A DNA stretch of 59,458 bases from positions 1-59,458 of IMG/VR virus record IMGVR_UViG_3300042542_000678; one strand, 5' to 3'. Shown one piece after another: positions 26,753-36,498 of this stretch (position 1 is the stretch's first letter; each line of letters starts with the position of its first letter). This DNA is from a virus. Its lineage: Duplodnaviria; Caudoviricetes. The position numbers and the translations under genes are program-made. Below the pieces are notes generated by a model. The model saw nothing but the letters and a program-made list of their open reading frames with translations. It was not told the origin of the DNA and searched no databases.

Positions 26753-26983
26753 ATGGCTAAAGTAGTATTTGAAAACAATCAATATATTCTCAGGAATGAT
26801 TGGGGTATTGATGATGTTCGTGCTGTTATAGAATCCACTGACAATGCACGAATTAAATCTTTCACAGATGACGATTGTGTCCGTGTGCTTGAGATGGTAG
26901 CGGAGAGTTTCGATGCTAACTATGGCATCACATGGGATAGTTTGGAGCATGCCATCACTACATATATAGAGGATTCAAAATGA
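26753..26983 (+). CDS. Hypothetical protein
   Basis: AGGAG SD; FDANYGITW motif. Confidence 0.65.
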   Translation: MAKVVFENNQYILRNDWGIDDVRAVIESTDNARIKSFTDDDCVRVLEMVAESFDANYGITWDSLEHAITTYIEDSK

Positions 26984-27058
26984 GTGACGCAGTTATATAC
27001 TTGCTGCACATGATTGAGATCGTTATACTTTTTATTATCCATTGATGGAGCATTGCAA

Positions 27059-27235
27059 ATGAAAACATTTACAATAGTTATGACCCGTACAGTTTATCAA
27101 TGTGCTGAAATTGAAATAGAAGCGTCCTCTAAATCAGAAGCTGTGCAGCAAGTATTAGATACTCCAGAGCAGCATGTGTGGGAGACAGACTTTATATTAG
27201 ATTATGAAATTGCTTACCTAGAGGAAACAAAATGA
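27059..27235 (+). CDS. Small acidic protein (IEASS.SEA motif)
   Basis: ATG 27059 after GGAG. Confidence 0.6.
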   Translation: MKTFTIVMTRTVYQCAEIEIEASSKSEAVQQVLDTPEQHVWETDFILDYEIAYLEETK

Positions 27236-27408
27236 AACTAGAAGATGTTCAGATAGCGTTATTCGCTGCATATGATCTAAGTAATTCCATGATTGTCATG
27301 GGTTTAGGTTCACGACCAACTGAGAATGATACATTTGAGGAAAGCATTGCAGTGATCATTGATTTTTTAATTAGTCTTGAAACACAAATAGTAGAGGAAT
27401 CAAAATGA
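27232..27408 (+). CDS. Hypothetical protein (not in ORF track)
   Basis: 58 aa MKLEDVQIALFAAYDL..., ATGA overlaps at both ends. Confidence 0.6.
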   Translation: MKLEDVQIALFAAYDLSNSMIVMGLGSRPTENDTFEESIAVIIDFLISLETQIVEESK

Positions 27409-27638
27409 AACAATCAGACTATTCAAGACTTGAAGACATGTTAGGTCGTGCCTATGAATTGGCAGTACAGGTGGTGAACGGAGACAAGGCATCCATCTCA
27501 CTTGCTGAGGAAGTATCAGGTGAGTGCGCTGAGTTGCTAGCTCTAATGGATGGCGACATGGGTGCATTCGGTGAAGAGGAATTAATCGATAAAGAACTGC
27601 AATCTCTGGCTTTCGCATTAAACAAGGAAACAAAATGA
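27405..27638 (+). CDS. Hypothetical protein
   Basis: 77 aa, GAGG SD, coupled. Confidence 0.6.
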   Translation: MKQSDYSRLEDMLGRAYELAVQVVNGDKASISLAEEVSGECAELLALMDGDMGAFGEEELIDKELQSLAFALNKETK

Positions 27639-27907
27639 AAACATTCACAGTTATTGTATACTCCGATGCAGGGCATGCATGGGGTAAGGTGAAGCGTCAA
27701 GTGCTGGTGAATCTAGGCATTGCAGACAAGGTGTCTACATACAGCTACCAGTACAAGGACAATGTATATCTTGAAGAAGATTGCGATCTTAGGCTATTAA
27801 TGGAGGCACTGCCTGAAACAACTCGCATTAAGTTTGTTGAGAAGCACACTGATAATAACAGCCGCATCCGTTCATACTCTAGTTACTCCACAGAAAGCGC
27901 AACATGA
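27635..27907 (+). CDS. Conserved hypothetical protein
   Basis: DAGHAW...YSY...VYLEEDCD motif. Confidence 0.7.
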   Translation: MKTFTVIVYSDAGHAWGKVKRQVLVNLGIADKVSTYSYQYKDNVYLEEDCDLRLLMEALPETTRIKFVEKHTDNNSRIRSYSSYSTESAT

Positions 27908-28050
27908 TTGATACTAGAGTGCCATCAATTACACTGGTATATAAACTAGTGAACGCTGCCATACATGAGTTTAAAGATAAAGAATATGAAGAGGCTATTG
28001 AGTCACTTGAGATGGCGAAAAGAACTCTTGAGGATATAGCAGATGTCTAA
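27904..28050 (+). CDS. Hypothetical protein (not in ORF track)
   Basis: 48 aa helical ORF, ATGA-coupled. Confidence 0.5.
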   Translation: MIDTRVPSITLVYKLVNAAIHEFKDKEYEEAIESLEMAKRTLEDIADV

Positions 28051-28291
28051 TCTAATAAAGGTTACAATTTTCTGTGCGTTAGTATTAGCATCTAATGTAG
28101 CAAACTTTTGGGCAGGTGGTGAATATGAGCGCATGAAGCAAGAGCTTGTTGATGCACATGTTCAAAGTAGATGTTATGCTAAAGATAAGTTCGAAGCCTT
28201 CGTGGCTAAGGATGGTGTGGACTACGCTTGTTTCAAACAAAACATTGAGACAAAGAAGATTAGCAGATCATCAATTGTGTTAGATAATTAA
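28043..28291 (+). CDS. Hypothetical protein with N-terminal hydrophobic segment
   Basis: 82 aa ORF. Confidence 0.55.
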   Translation: MSNLIKVTIFCALVLASNVANFWAGGEYERMKQELVDAHVQSRCYAKDKFEAFVAKDGVDYACFKQNIETKKISRSSIVLDN

Positions 28292-28292
28292 T

Positions 28293-28457
28293 ATGTCACT
28301 AGAATATATGCTTGGATATATGCAAGGACGCAGAGGACAATTTCGTTTCCGGCAAAATGTCAGTGATGAATACAATGCCGGATACTTAAAAGGGTTTGCG
28401 TTATATGAGGGTGACATAATGATACTGAGACAACTAGTTAATAGGTACAACAAATGA
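28293..28457 (+). CDS. Hypothetical protein (not in ORF track)
   Basis: 54 aa, EY..GY repeats, coupled to next ORF. Confidence 0.5.
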   Translation: MSLEYMLGYMQGRRGQFRFRQNVSDEYNAGYLKGFALYEGDIMILRQLVNRYNK

Positions 28458-28807
28458 CAAAGAAACAATACACCATTGCAGATATATTACATACCGCTGC
28501 TGATAAATATTTAGTTTCTAATTCACGATATGAGGCAGATCATTTAAAAGAAAGGTTCTCATGCTGTGCAGTCTACTATGCCATCCGTGACATAACTGGT
28601 AACTTTTATGGTTTTGATTCAGAAATATTGCGTGATCAAGTCATGAAAGGATTAACTAATATGGGATGTAAAGTAGGAAGTCATACTTTGTTTGAGAAAT
28701 ATGGCGACCAACCTGATGTGTATGAAAGCATCACCCACGATGTGCAAGGTATGCGTTATATGTGGCTCAAGTGGGCAGCACTGATGGCTGAAGAGCAAGG
28801 GATTTAA
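28454..28807 (+). CDS. Hypothetical protein
   Basis: 117 aa ORF. Confidence 0.65.
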   Translation: MTKKQYTIADILHTAADKYLVSNSRYEADHLKERFSCCAVYYAIRDITGNFYGFDSEILRDQVMKGLTNMGCKVGSHTLFEKYGDQPDVYESITHDVQGMRYMWLKWAALMAEEQGI

Positions 28808-28808
28808 A

Positions 28809-29087
28809 ATGAAAGGCGCTTATATGATTACCGCAATTGATATCAATGACTTTGAAATCCATCCTGTCCGTGAGCTTTACAAGTGTAGGCCAAGGAGCTA
28901 TGTGCAGCTACCAACTGGTGATGTGTTCTACTACGATCACATTGACGGCTCGTACAGCTACTGCCTGAACATGTTCGGTGAGGTGTGTCACTTGGCTGCA
29001 TGGCAGAGTGTGCATCCGCTTGAAAGGGTCAGGCTTCGAATACCAGCACTTGATAAAGACCCTTCACCTGAGTCGGACATTACTTGA
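28809..29087 (+). CDS. Hypothetical protein
   Basis: DHIDGSYSYC...HLAAW motif. Confidence 0.65.
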   Translation: MKGAYMITAIDINDFEIHPVRELYKCRPRSYVQLPTGDVFYYDHIDGSYSYCLNMFGEVCHLAAWQSVHPLERVRLRIPALDKDPSPESDIT

Positions 29088-29113
29088 CAAACATTTAACT
29101 TATCGTTTACACT
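29084..29113 (+). promoter_or_regulatory. Sigma70 promoter P4
   Basis: TTGACA-18 nt-TACACT, followed by CAGCAATGTCGCTGTGTC similar to the P2 leader. Confidence 0.65.
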
Positions 29114-29158
29114 CTAACCCCTAGCAGCAATGTCGCTGTGTCTTTTAAGGAAACTTCA

Positions 29159-30001
29159 ATGTCTAAACATGTCATCTTCTCCCGCAATGCAAACAACACG
29201 GCCCTGACAACAGAGCGCATCCAACAGCTATCCCCTGCTGTGTTTGCCACTACCAAGCATGACCGCTTGACTGATCGTTATGTTGCGCTGCACACTAGCG
29301 ACCTCATCCCTGTGATGCAGGACTATGGATATGCTCCAGTGCAAGCAGCACAGAAGCGTAGCCGTAAGGTAGCTGCTGAGCATTCGGCCCACATGATTGC
29401 CTTTGCTCGTACTATCGACACTGACTTTGCTCAGGGTGATGTGCGTCCTGAAATCATCTTGTACAACAGCCATGATGGCAGCAGCAGCGTCAAGTTGTTT
29501 GCTGGTGCATTCCGTTTCATCTGCTCTAACGGCATCGTTGCTGGTGACGGCTTCCAGAATCGTATGTATCACAACACCTCTGCATTGTCAGGCTTTGAAG
29601 ACATGCTGCGTAACACAGTGGCTAACCTGCCAGCTATGATGGAGCGTATCAACCTGCTCAAGAGTGTGCAACTGTCCAGTGCATCAGCGTATGAGATGGC
29701 TAAGCGTAGCGTTGCTACTCGTTGGGACATGTACGATACACAGGAGAAGGGTGTCTATGCCATCGAGAAAACCATCACCGATGTGCTTGCCATCAACCGC
29801 AATGAGGATGACCACATGGATGCATTCACTGTGTTCAACCGCATTCAAGAGAGCGTCATCCGTGGCAAGGCATTCGTCAAGAGCCTGACTGAGGCAACAC
29901 CATACGGCTCTATCCGTAAGGCTCGACCCATCAACAGCGTGAAAGAAAACATCCGCATCAATGGCGAGTTGTGGGACATTGCTGAAGAGATGGCTGCGTA
30001 A
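29159..30001 (+). CDS. DUF932-family protein
   Basis: NSHDGSSS...AG.FRFICSNG and FNRIQE motifs. Confidence 0.85.
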   Translation: MSKHVIFSRNANNTALTTERIQQLSPAVFATTKHDRLTDRYVALHTSDLIPVMQDYGYAPVQAAQKRSRKVAAEHSAHMIAFARTIDTDFAQGDVRPEIILYNSHDGSSSVKLFAGAFRFICSNGIVAGDGFQNRMYHNTSALSGFEDMLRNTVANLPAMMERINLLKSVQLSSASAYEMAKRSVATRWDMYDTQEKGVYAIEKTITDVLAINRNEDDHMDAFTVFNRIQESVIRGKAFVKSLTEATPYGSIRKARPINSVKENIRINGELWDIAEEMAA

Positions 30002-30069
30002 CTAGTGTAGTACTTGATGCACATCATTTAAGTATGGTGTGCATTGACAACAACACAAGGGGTATATGT

Positions 30070-30900
30070 ATGGATAAAGACTATGCAATTGGCATGTTCA
30101 TTGGCACAGCTATCGGTGATGCGCTTGGCGCACCGCTAGAATTTACACAGCCAAACACAGGGCATCCGCTCACTGAGATGGTGGGTGGTGGCGCTCACGA
30201 TACTGCTGTTGGTGAGTGGACAGATGACACAGCCATGATGGTATGCATTGCCGATGCGTACATCAACTTCAAAACCTTTTCACCGAAGGTGATTGCTAAT
30301 AATTTCGTTGATTGGAAACGCTACGGCACACATGGTACTCGTGACTATTGCTTTGACATTGGCCGTACAACATCTGATGCACTGTCGAGCATTGAGAAGT
30401 CCCGCATCTATGGTGGCAGCACAGACTACAAGACCAGCGGCAATGGTTCTATCATGCGAATGGCAGCTAATGTTATGGTCAATCATCGATGCATGGCACT
30501 GGCTATTGGTGAGTCTGTTGCGACAGCACTGATTACACACGGCACAAAAGACACTGTGCAATATGTATCGGCACTGGCTGAAGAGCTTCATCGTGGCAGC
30601 AGACTGTCTTGCTATGATGGTCTGCGTGTCAAAGGTGCAGCAAAGCCTGATGGTTCTGTGATGGGCTGCTATGCTTCAGCATGGGATAGCATTGCTCGTA
30701 CAACAAGCTTTAAAGACGCTGTTGTACATGCCATCAACAAGGGTGGTGACGCTGACACAGTGGGTGCTGTCACTGGTATGATTGCTGGCCGTATCTATGG
30801 CTACTCTGCCATCCCTCAGCGCTGGCTCGACAAGCTGGTCAAGCATGATGAGTTGCTTGTCATGGCAAACGATTTGTACTATCTGTACGAAGGAGAATGA
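30070..30900 (+). CDS. ADP-ribosylglycohydrolase (DraG/ARH family)
   Basis: GDALG.P.EF, WTDDT, DIG.T, GNGS.MR and GGDADT motifs. Confidence 0.92.
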   Translation: MDKDYAIGMFIGTAIGDALGAPLEFTQPNTGHPLTEMVGGGAHDTAVGEWTDDTAMMVCIADAYINFKTFSPKVIANNFVDWKRYGTHGTRDYCFDIGRTTSDALSSIEKSRIYGGSTDYKTSGNGSIMRMAANVMVNHRCMALAIGESVATALITHGTKDTVQYVSALAEELHRGSRLSCYDGLRVKGAAKPDGSVMGCYASAWDSIARTTSFKDAVVHAINKGGDADTVGAVTGMIAGRIYGYSAIPQRWLDKLVKHDELLVMANDLYYLYEGE

Positions 30901-31175
30901 CAATGAAAAGAATGTGTGACGGGATGGGCGGGAATACCCCTTGCCCACACCCACAGGATTGCACAGTGAGTTGCGGGTTTAACAATGCAGGACTTGATCC
31001 TGTGGAGACTCGTAAGATCAAACCATATCCGTCCGTTCCAGATGATATTGAAGAGCTTAGCATAGAGTGGTACAGCATTGGACAGATGCTTATCGGTGCA
31101 ATATTTGCAGCACTTATAGTGGCGGCTGCGCTTTTAATATTCACTGGTATGTACATAGGCAGGATGCTCATATGA
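30897..31175 (+). CDS. Small membrane-anchored protein
   Basis: AAGGAG SD; C-terminal transmembrane segment. Confidence 0.6.
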   Translation: MTMKRMCDGMGGNTPCPHPQDCTVSCGFNNAGLDPVETRKIKPYPSVPDDIEELSIEWYSIGQMLIGAIFAALIVAAALLIFTGMYIGRMLI

Positions 31176-32269
31176 AACTACCACGCTACCTATTATCCTT
31201 CATCCGCTATGACACTACACACTACCGCTACAACCCTCCAGTAGATGCGATTGATGCTGGTATAGTTGAGCGTAAGGCGTGTGGCACAGACTACGAAGCT
31301 GCTGTCGAGTATGCTGAGAAGCATAATGCAATCATGGACTCGTGGCGTAAGGAACACCGCTACTTAAAAGACTTGTCTGAGAAGTCAAGGGTTGAAGACC
31401 TGTTCAAGTCTTACATCAACAGCATAGGCTACAAAGCCCTGTCTCCAAAGAGCAAGACTGATTATGTCTACTACCTGAAGCAATGGTTTCATGATGCTAC
31501 AGTGTCACAGGAGCTACTCAACACAAGGCTGTGTGACATTGCCACACCAATGTGCCAGCGTATCTACGACAAGCATGCAGAGAACAGTGTTAGCCTTGCC
31601 AATCACACACTGGCAGTCTATCGTTTGTTGTTTAGCTTTGCTATCCGCAATGGCTTTACAAAGCACAACCCCTTCACTGAGGTGAGCAGACGGCAAGACA
31701 AGCCGCGCCGTGTGGTGTGGGAAAAGAAACACATCAAGCAATTCATGGACAAGGCATTCACCAAGTATGAGTGGCGTAACATTGGGTTGCTGGTGTACAT
31801 GGCCTACTCATGGGGTCAGAGGCTAGGCGACATGCGACTGCTCACATGGGACAACTACGATGCTGACACAGGGGTGATGAAGCTGGAGCAGAGCAAGCGT
31901 AGGGCAAGGGTGGAGATACCAACCAGTGCTGCCTTGCGTGAGATGCTGGCACAGCAGAAGGCTGACATTGGCTGGCAGAAGTACATTGTTCCGTCCCCTA
32001 TTGGCGATGGTAGTGGTGGATTTAAACCTTACACCCTATTGCAATTGGCTAAGGTTGGTGGCACAATCATGCGAGAGTCTGGCATACCAGATCACCTTAA
32101 GATGATGGACATGAGGCGAACAGCAGTGACTGAAATGATTGAAGCTGGTGTACCGCTGACCAATGTCATGTCTGTCACAGGACATGCAACAACACACAGC
32201 CTTACACCCTACATTAAGAACACATTAAAGAGTGCATCTGTTGCACAAGATATGAGGGACATGATATGA
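31172..32269 (+). CDS. int: Tyrosine recombinase / integrase
   Basis: GQRLGD (catalytic R), QSK, MDMRRT, GH, PY; probable start MKLPRY at 31172. Confidence 0.88.
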   Translation: MKLPRYLLSFIRYDTTHYRYNPPVDAIDAGIVERKACGTDYEAAVEYAEKHNAIMDSWRKEHRYLKDLSEKSRVEDLFKSYINSIGYKALSPKSKTDYVYYLKQWFHDATVSQELLNTRLCDIATPMCQRIYDKHAENSVSLANHTLAVYRLLFSFAIRNGFTKHNPFTEVSRRQDKPRRVVWEKKHIKQFMDKAFTKYEWRNIGLLVYMAYSWGQRLGDMRLLTWDNYDADTGVMKLEQSKRRARVEIPTSAALREMLAQQKADIGWQKYIVPSPIGDGSGGFKPYTLLQLAKVGGTIMRESGIPDHLKMMDMRRTAVTEMIEAGVPLTNVMSVTGHATTHSLTPYIKNTLKSASVAQDMRDMI

Positions 32270-32427
32270 GTTACGCTCTTTCTACACCGCCCAAACCTGT
32301 TGGCGGTTATCGTATGGGTGATGAAGACAATGGTGGCTGGATTCTTTTCAGTTTGCCAAAGAAGCCCTGCTGGATTCACCGCATGGGTGTGCGTCTGGTG
32401 CTGGGCTGGAAGTGGGTGGACGCATGA
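32266..32427 (+). CDS. Hypothetical protein (not in ORF track)
   Basis: 53 aa ...KKPCWIHRMGVRLVLGWKWVDA; ATGA overlaps at both ends. Confidence 0.65.
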   Translation: MSYALSTPPKPVGGYRMGDEDNGGWILFSLPKKPCWIHRMGVRLVLGWKWVDA

Positions 32428-32840
32428 TCAAAGACGCAGCCCTGAAGCTGGCGCTGGGATATGTGGAGCGTAATTGCCCTGCTCTTGTATTTGGAGAAAT
32501 CAAAGAAGCCTTGGCACAGCCAGCGCAGGAGGCTACCTGCCCCGAATGCACAGCAGCAGTGTTGTATGAGTGCGTAGCTTGCAGTAGCAACAACTACCCA
32601 CCTAAGCCAGAGCAGGAGCCTGTGGGTCAAGTGGGTGAAGACAAGCATGGTCTTGTGGGTGATATTTATGATGATCGCAAAGTCAAAATCGGTGACAAGC
32701 TTTACACATCTTTACCACAGCGCACATGGGTAGGGCTGACGGATGAGGAAATTAATGCCTGTGACCCATCAGAGGAATGCTGGGGCTTGCATAAGATTGC
32801 CCGAGCCATTGAAGACAAGCTAAAGGAGAAAAACGCTTGA
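32424..32840 (+). CDS. Mosaic hypothetical protein (ALKLAL...ALAQP...WVGLTDEEI...AIE.KLKEKN type)
   Basis: Recognisable modular phage protein; CxxC...CxxC insert. Confidence 0.7.
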   Translation: MIKDAALKLALGYVERNCPALVFGEIKEALAQPAQEATCPECTAAVLYECVACSSNNYPPKPEQEPVGQVGEDKHGLVGDIYDDRKVKIGDKLYTSLPQRTWVGLTDEEINACDPSEECWGLHKIARAIEDKLKEKNA

Positions 32841-33520
32841 AAGTAACAATTGGTAAATATAAAAACTGGTTTGGTCCTTATCAACTAGCTCAGGCTCTTT
32901 GCTTTTGGATGAAGGATGACACTGATCGTGTACACAAGTTTGGTGAGTGGTTGGCACATGGTAGTGTGCGTCCTACACCAAAGAAAGGTGACACGATTGT
33001 GTTGAGGGATGATCGACCTATGACAATGCTGTATAAGTTTTTAACTTGGATACACACTTTTCGTGAACAAAAGATTGAGGTACGGATAGACCCGTGGGAT
33101 ACATGGAGTATGGATAATACACTTGCCCACATCGTATTGCCAATGCTTAAGCAGCTAGAGGCAAGTAAACATGGTGCGCCTCATGTTGATGACAAGGATG
33201 TGCCAGCTGAGTTGCGATCAACAGCAGCACCGCCCAAAGAAAATGAATATTGTGTTGATGATAATCATTTCAAACGATGGGATTGGGTGATGGCAGAAAT
33301 GATCTTTGCTTTTGAAAGTCAATTCAATGATTGGGAAGATGGCTTTCACACTGGCACTCATGACATAAGCTGGGTTCATAATGACAGTGGAATATATGAA
33401 ATGATTAAAGGTGACAGGGATACATACAAGTATGACTTGAAAGGTGCAGCCGTCTATCAGAAGCGGATATCCAATGGATATAAATTGTTCGGTAAATATT
33501 ACGAAAACTTATGGGATTAA
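32837..33520 (+). CDS. Conserved hypothetical phage protein
   Basis: TTG start after AAGGAG; IDPWDTWSMD.TLA...LFGKYY.NLWD. Confidence 0.75.
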   Translation: MKVTIGKYKNWFGPYQLAQALCFWMKDDTDRVHKFGEWLAHGSVRPTPKKGDTIVLRDDRPMTMLYKFLTWIHTFREQKIEVRIDPWDTWSMDNTLAHIVLPMLKQLEASKHGAPHVDDKDVPAELRSTAAPPKENEYCVDDNHFKRWDWVMAEMIFAFESQFNDWEDGFHTGTHDISWVHNDSGIYEMIKGDRDTYKYDLKGAAVYQKRISNGYKLFGKYYENLWD

Positions 33521-33521
33521 T

Positions 33522-33791
33522 ATGACTAAAGACGAAGCATTGAAGCTGGCGCTGAAGGCGCTGGATGTTGTGAAATTACAGTACACACAAAACCGCCATG
33601 TAAACGAAGCCCTCGCCGCCGTCAATCAATCCTTGGCACAGCCAGCGCAGCCATCAAAAGCAAAGCTACTAACCGACCAACAGATTCGTGACATGTGTGT
33701 GAAGTATGGATGGGATGATTCGTATCAATCAATCAAAGCCTATCGCACTGTTGAAGCTATGTCGCTTGAACTAAATCAACTGGAGAAATAA
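33522..33791 (+). CDS. Hypothetical protein, N-terminus paralogous to 32424..32840
   Basis: MTKDEALKLALKAL...SLAQPAQ. Confidence 0.65.
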   Translation: MTKDEALKLALKALDVVKLQYTQNRHVNEALAAVNQSLAQPAQPSKAKLLTDQQIRDMCVKYGWDDSYQSIKAYRTVEAMSLELNQLEK

Positions 33792-33944
33792 ATGTCAGCA
33801 TGGCTTATCGCCTATATCGGCGTAGTATATTTAGTGGTTGCTGTTGATTTAATTATCAATGGCAACACGGGATTGGGCGTAGCATTCATTGGATATAGTT
33901 TAGGTAATGTTGGTTTGTACATTGCAGCAAAGGGAGCAGTATGA
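33792..33944 (+). CDS. Small two-helix membrane protein (not in ORF track)
   Basis: MSAWLIAYIGVVYLVVAV...GYSLGNVGLY; GGAG SD. Confidence 0.65.
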   Translation: MSAWLIAYIGVVYLVVAVDLIINGNTGLGVAFIGYSLGNVGLYIAAKGAV

Positions 33945-34198
33945 CATGTAAATGCGCTAGCGACAATCCGTTTCTTTGGGATGTAAATCGTAGACCATCA
34001 TCGTTTGCCAATGACCCTTTGTATACAGCAAGACTTAGTAGCGGAAAAACAACAGGTCAAATTATGACGGATGTTGTAAAGAAGAAACGCGAAGACAATG
34101 TAAACTATGGCTCAATTTATGGGCTGAACAATGATAGAGAGGCTGCATTGCTTCGCACTAAATTGTTTAACATCTTTGCAAAAACTCCACCAAAATAG
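33941..34198 (+). CDS. Hypothetical protein
   Basis: 85 aa, GGGAG SD. Confidence 0.55.
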   Translation: MTCKCASDNPFLWDVNRRPSSFANDPLYTARLSSGKTTGQIMTDVVKKKREDNVNYGSIYGLNNDREAALLRTKLFNIFAKTPPK

Positions 34199-34202
34199 AG
34201 AC

Positions 34203-35813
34203 ATGGCTTTTATAAAGACACATACCCGATGTGACAAATGTGGTAGCAGTGATGGATGCGCTATCAATAATGATAGGTCAACCTATTGTTTTGTTTGTTC
34301 TGTATATACACCACCCGATGATGAGAAAGAATACACTGTGATTGATGTAGATATTAAAGTGCCAGACATGGCCTTCCTTAAGAATTATAATAAGGGAAAC
34401 TCAGTATCTGTTGTTGACAGACGCATTACTAAAACAACAATGGAACGCTTCGGTGTTGTTCGTGATGAGGACAAGTACTACTTCCCTTACTACGACAAAG
34501 ACCTACAGCTTGTAGCTGCTAAGGTCAGAGGTGTAAAGGACAAGACCTTTGTTGCCAGTGGTGCATGGTCTAGGGGCACACTGTTTGGGCAGAATCTTTT
34601 CCCCACTGCTGGCAAGTACATCACCATTGTTGAGGGTGAGTTTGATGCACTGGCTGCATACCAAATGACAGGTAGCAAATGGCCTGTCGTTAGCATCCGC
34701 AATGGTGCAGCTTCTGCTGTCAAAGACTGTCGTGCCAACTACGAATACTTGAACAGCTTTGAAACCATTGTCGTTTGCTTTGATGGTGATGCTGCTGGTA
34801 TCAAGGCCAGCAAAGAAGTGGCTGAGCTTTTCGGTAGCAAGTGCAAGGTGTTCAAGCCTGTTGCTGATCATAAGGATGCCTGTGATTGGCTTGCTGAAAG
34901 CAAGGAAGCAGCATTCGTTGATCGCTGGTGGAAGGCTGAATCGTTTGTGCCTGATGGCATTGTTGCTGGCAGCAGCCTATGGGATGTCGTGTGTACACCT
35001 ATGGCACCAGCCGATTGCAACTACCCGTGGGCAGGGTTGAATGAACTCACTTATGGCCTACGCTTTGGTGAGCTTGTCACTGTCACTGCTGGTAGCGGCT
35101 TAGGCAAGAGCCAAGTGCTGCGTGAGGTGGTGTGGCATCTGTTGCAGAAGACTAAGGACAACATAGGTCTGATGTTCCTTGAAGAGAGTGTTCGCAAGAC
35201 AGCGCTGTCAATGATGAGCTTGGCTGCTAACGCACCATTGCATCTACCTGATTCTGTTGTGTCCAATGAAGAGCGTGAACGAGCCTTTGCTGAGACACTT
35301 GGCACAGACAGACTGTTCTTGTTTGATCACTTTGGCAGCACATCAGTGGAGAACATTATCAATCGTGTACGCTACATGGCAAAGGGCATGGGATGTAAGT
35401 ACATATTCCTTGATCACCTGTCCATCATTGTGTCAGCACAAGACAATGGTGATGAGCGCAAAGCCATTGATGAAATCATGACGAAGCTGCGTATGCTGGT
35501 GCAAGAAACCAACATTGCCCTCATCATTGTTAGTCACTTGAAACGACCAGCCAATGAAGGCCATGAAGAAGGTGCGCTTACATCACTGTCACAGCTTCGC
35601 GGCTCTGCCGCAATTGCACAGCTGTCAGACATGGTGATTGGTCTTGAACGCAATGGACAATCTGAAGACCCTGTGATTCGCAACACCACTAAGGTGAGGG
35701 TGTTGAAGAATAGATACAGTGGGCAGACAGGACCAGCCTGTCACTTGCATTACAATAAGCACACTGGTAGGATGTTGGAAGTTGAACCTGAACCTGATGG
35801 AGAATTGCTATGA
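34203..35813 (+). CDS. T7 gp4-like DNA primase/helicase
   Basis: Zn finger CxxC...CxxC, TOPRIM EGEFDA/FDGD, Walker A AGSGLGKS, LDHLS, LRGS, KNR. Confidence 0.95.
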   Translation: MAFIKTHTRCDKCGSSDGCAINNDRSTYCFVCSVYTPPDDEKEYTVIDVDIKVPDMAFLKNYNKGNSVSVVDRRITKTTMERFGVVRDEDKYYFPYYDKDLQLVAAKVRGVKDKTFVASGAWSRGTLFGQNLFPTAGKYITIVEGEFDALAAYQMTGSKWPVVSIRNGAASAVKDCRANYEYLNSFETIVVCFDGDAAGIKASKEVAELFGSKCKVFKPVADHKDACDWLAESKEAAFVDRWWKAESFVPDGIVAGSSLWDVVCTPMAPADCNYPWAGLNELTYGLRFGELVTVTAGSGLGKSQVLREVVWHLLQKTKDNIGLMFLEESVRKTALSMMSLAANAPLHLPDSVVSNEERERAFAETLGTDRLFLFDHFGSTSVENIINRVRYMAKGMGCKYIFLDHLSIIVSAQDNGDERKAIDEIMTKLRMLVQETNIALIIVSHLKRPANEGHEEGALTSLSQLRGSAAIAQLSDMVIGLERNGQSEDPVIRNTTKVRVLKNRYSGQTGPACHLHYNKHTGRMLEVEPEPDGELL

Positions 35814-36055
35814 GACAAGAAGCTCAGAAGATTGCTAATTATTATATGACTAGAGCAAGTCAATTTGCGAATCTTGAACAAGCTGCTATAGAGTTTGATG
35901 AGGGCCATACGGGGGAGTGGATGTGGGATTTTCTATTTGAATACGCTCTCCATAAAGAAGAAGCTGACAAGATGTTTGATCTTCTTGATGACAAGACGAT
36001 TGATATGTTAGCTGGATTTAAAGTAAGTTTTATTATTGGTATTGCAGATGAGTGA
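35810..36055 (+). CDS. Hypothetical protein
   Basis: 81 aa, coupled. Confidence 0.55.
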   Translation: MRQEAQKIANYYMTRASQFANLEQAAIEFDEGHTGEWMWDFLFEYALHKEEADKMFDLLDDKTIDMLAGFKVSFIIGIADE

Positions 36056-36114
36056 TTGCAAACTGTCGGCATATGTTTACAACTACCTACCAAATGCAAC
36101 ATTAAGGATATCTA

Positions 36115-36498
36115 ATGACATGGCTTGATCGAACCCTGATAAGGGGTGACTACCTTTGTCTGTGTACAAATGAGGCTGAGTTTATAAAAGAACTTAAGCG
36201 AACAAAGGTGCCTACCCCGTGGCCTAAGTGGATTGATGATGATGCTCTTGCTATGACACACTATATTGTCACAGCAAAAGGAAACAGAGTTAGTTTTGTA
36301 TGTCTTTCTGAAAAGAAACTGGATGGTATACCAACAGCAGGACTGTTAGTACACGAGGCTGTACATGTAGTGCAAGAATACTTCAGATACATTGGTGAGG
36401 AATCACCAAGCATTGAGTTTCAGGCATATGCTATACAGGAGGTGAGCAATCATTTGATGTATGCGTATTCAGATAAACTATTAAAGAAAACCAAATGA
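36115..36498 (+). CDS. HEXXH-motif protein (putative metallopeptidase fold)
   Basis: LLVHEAVH...EFQAY. Confidence 0.6.
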   Translation: MTWLDRTLIRGDYLCLCTNEAEFIKELKRTKVPTPWPKWIDDDALAMTHYIVTAKGNRVSFVCLSEKKLDGIPTAGLLVHEAVHVVQEYFRYIGEESPSIEFQAYAIQEVSNHLMYAYSDKLLKKTK

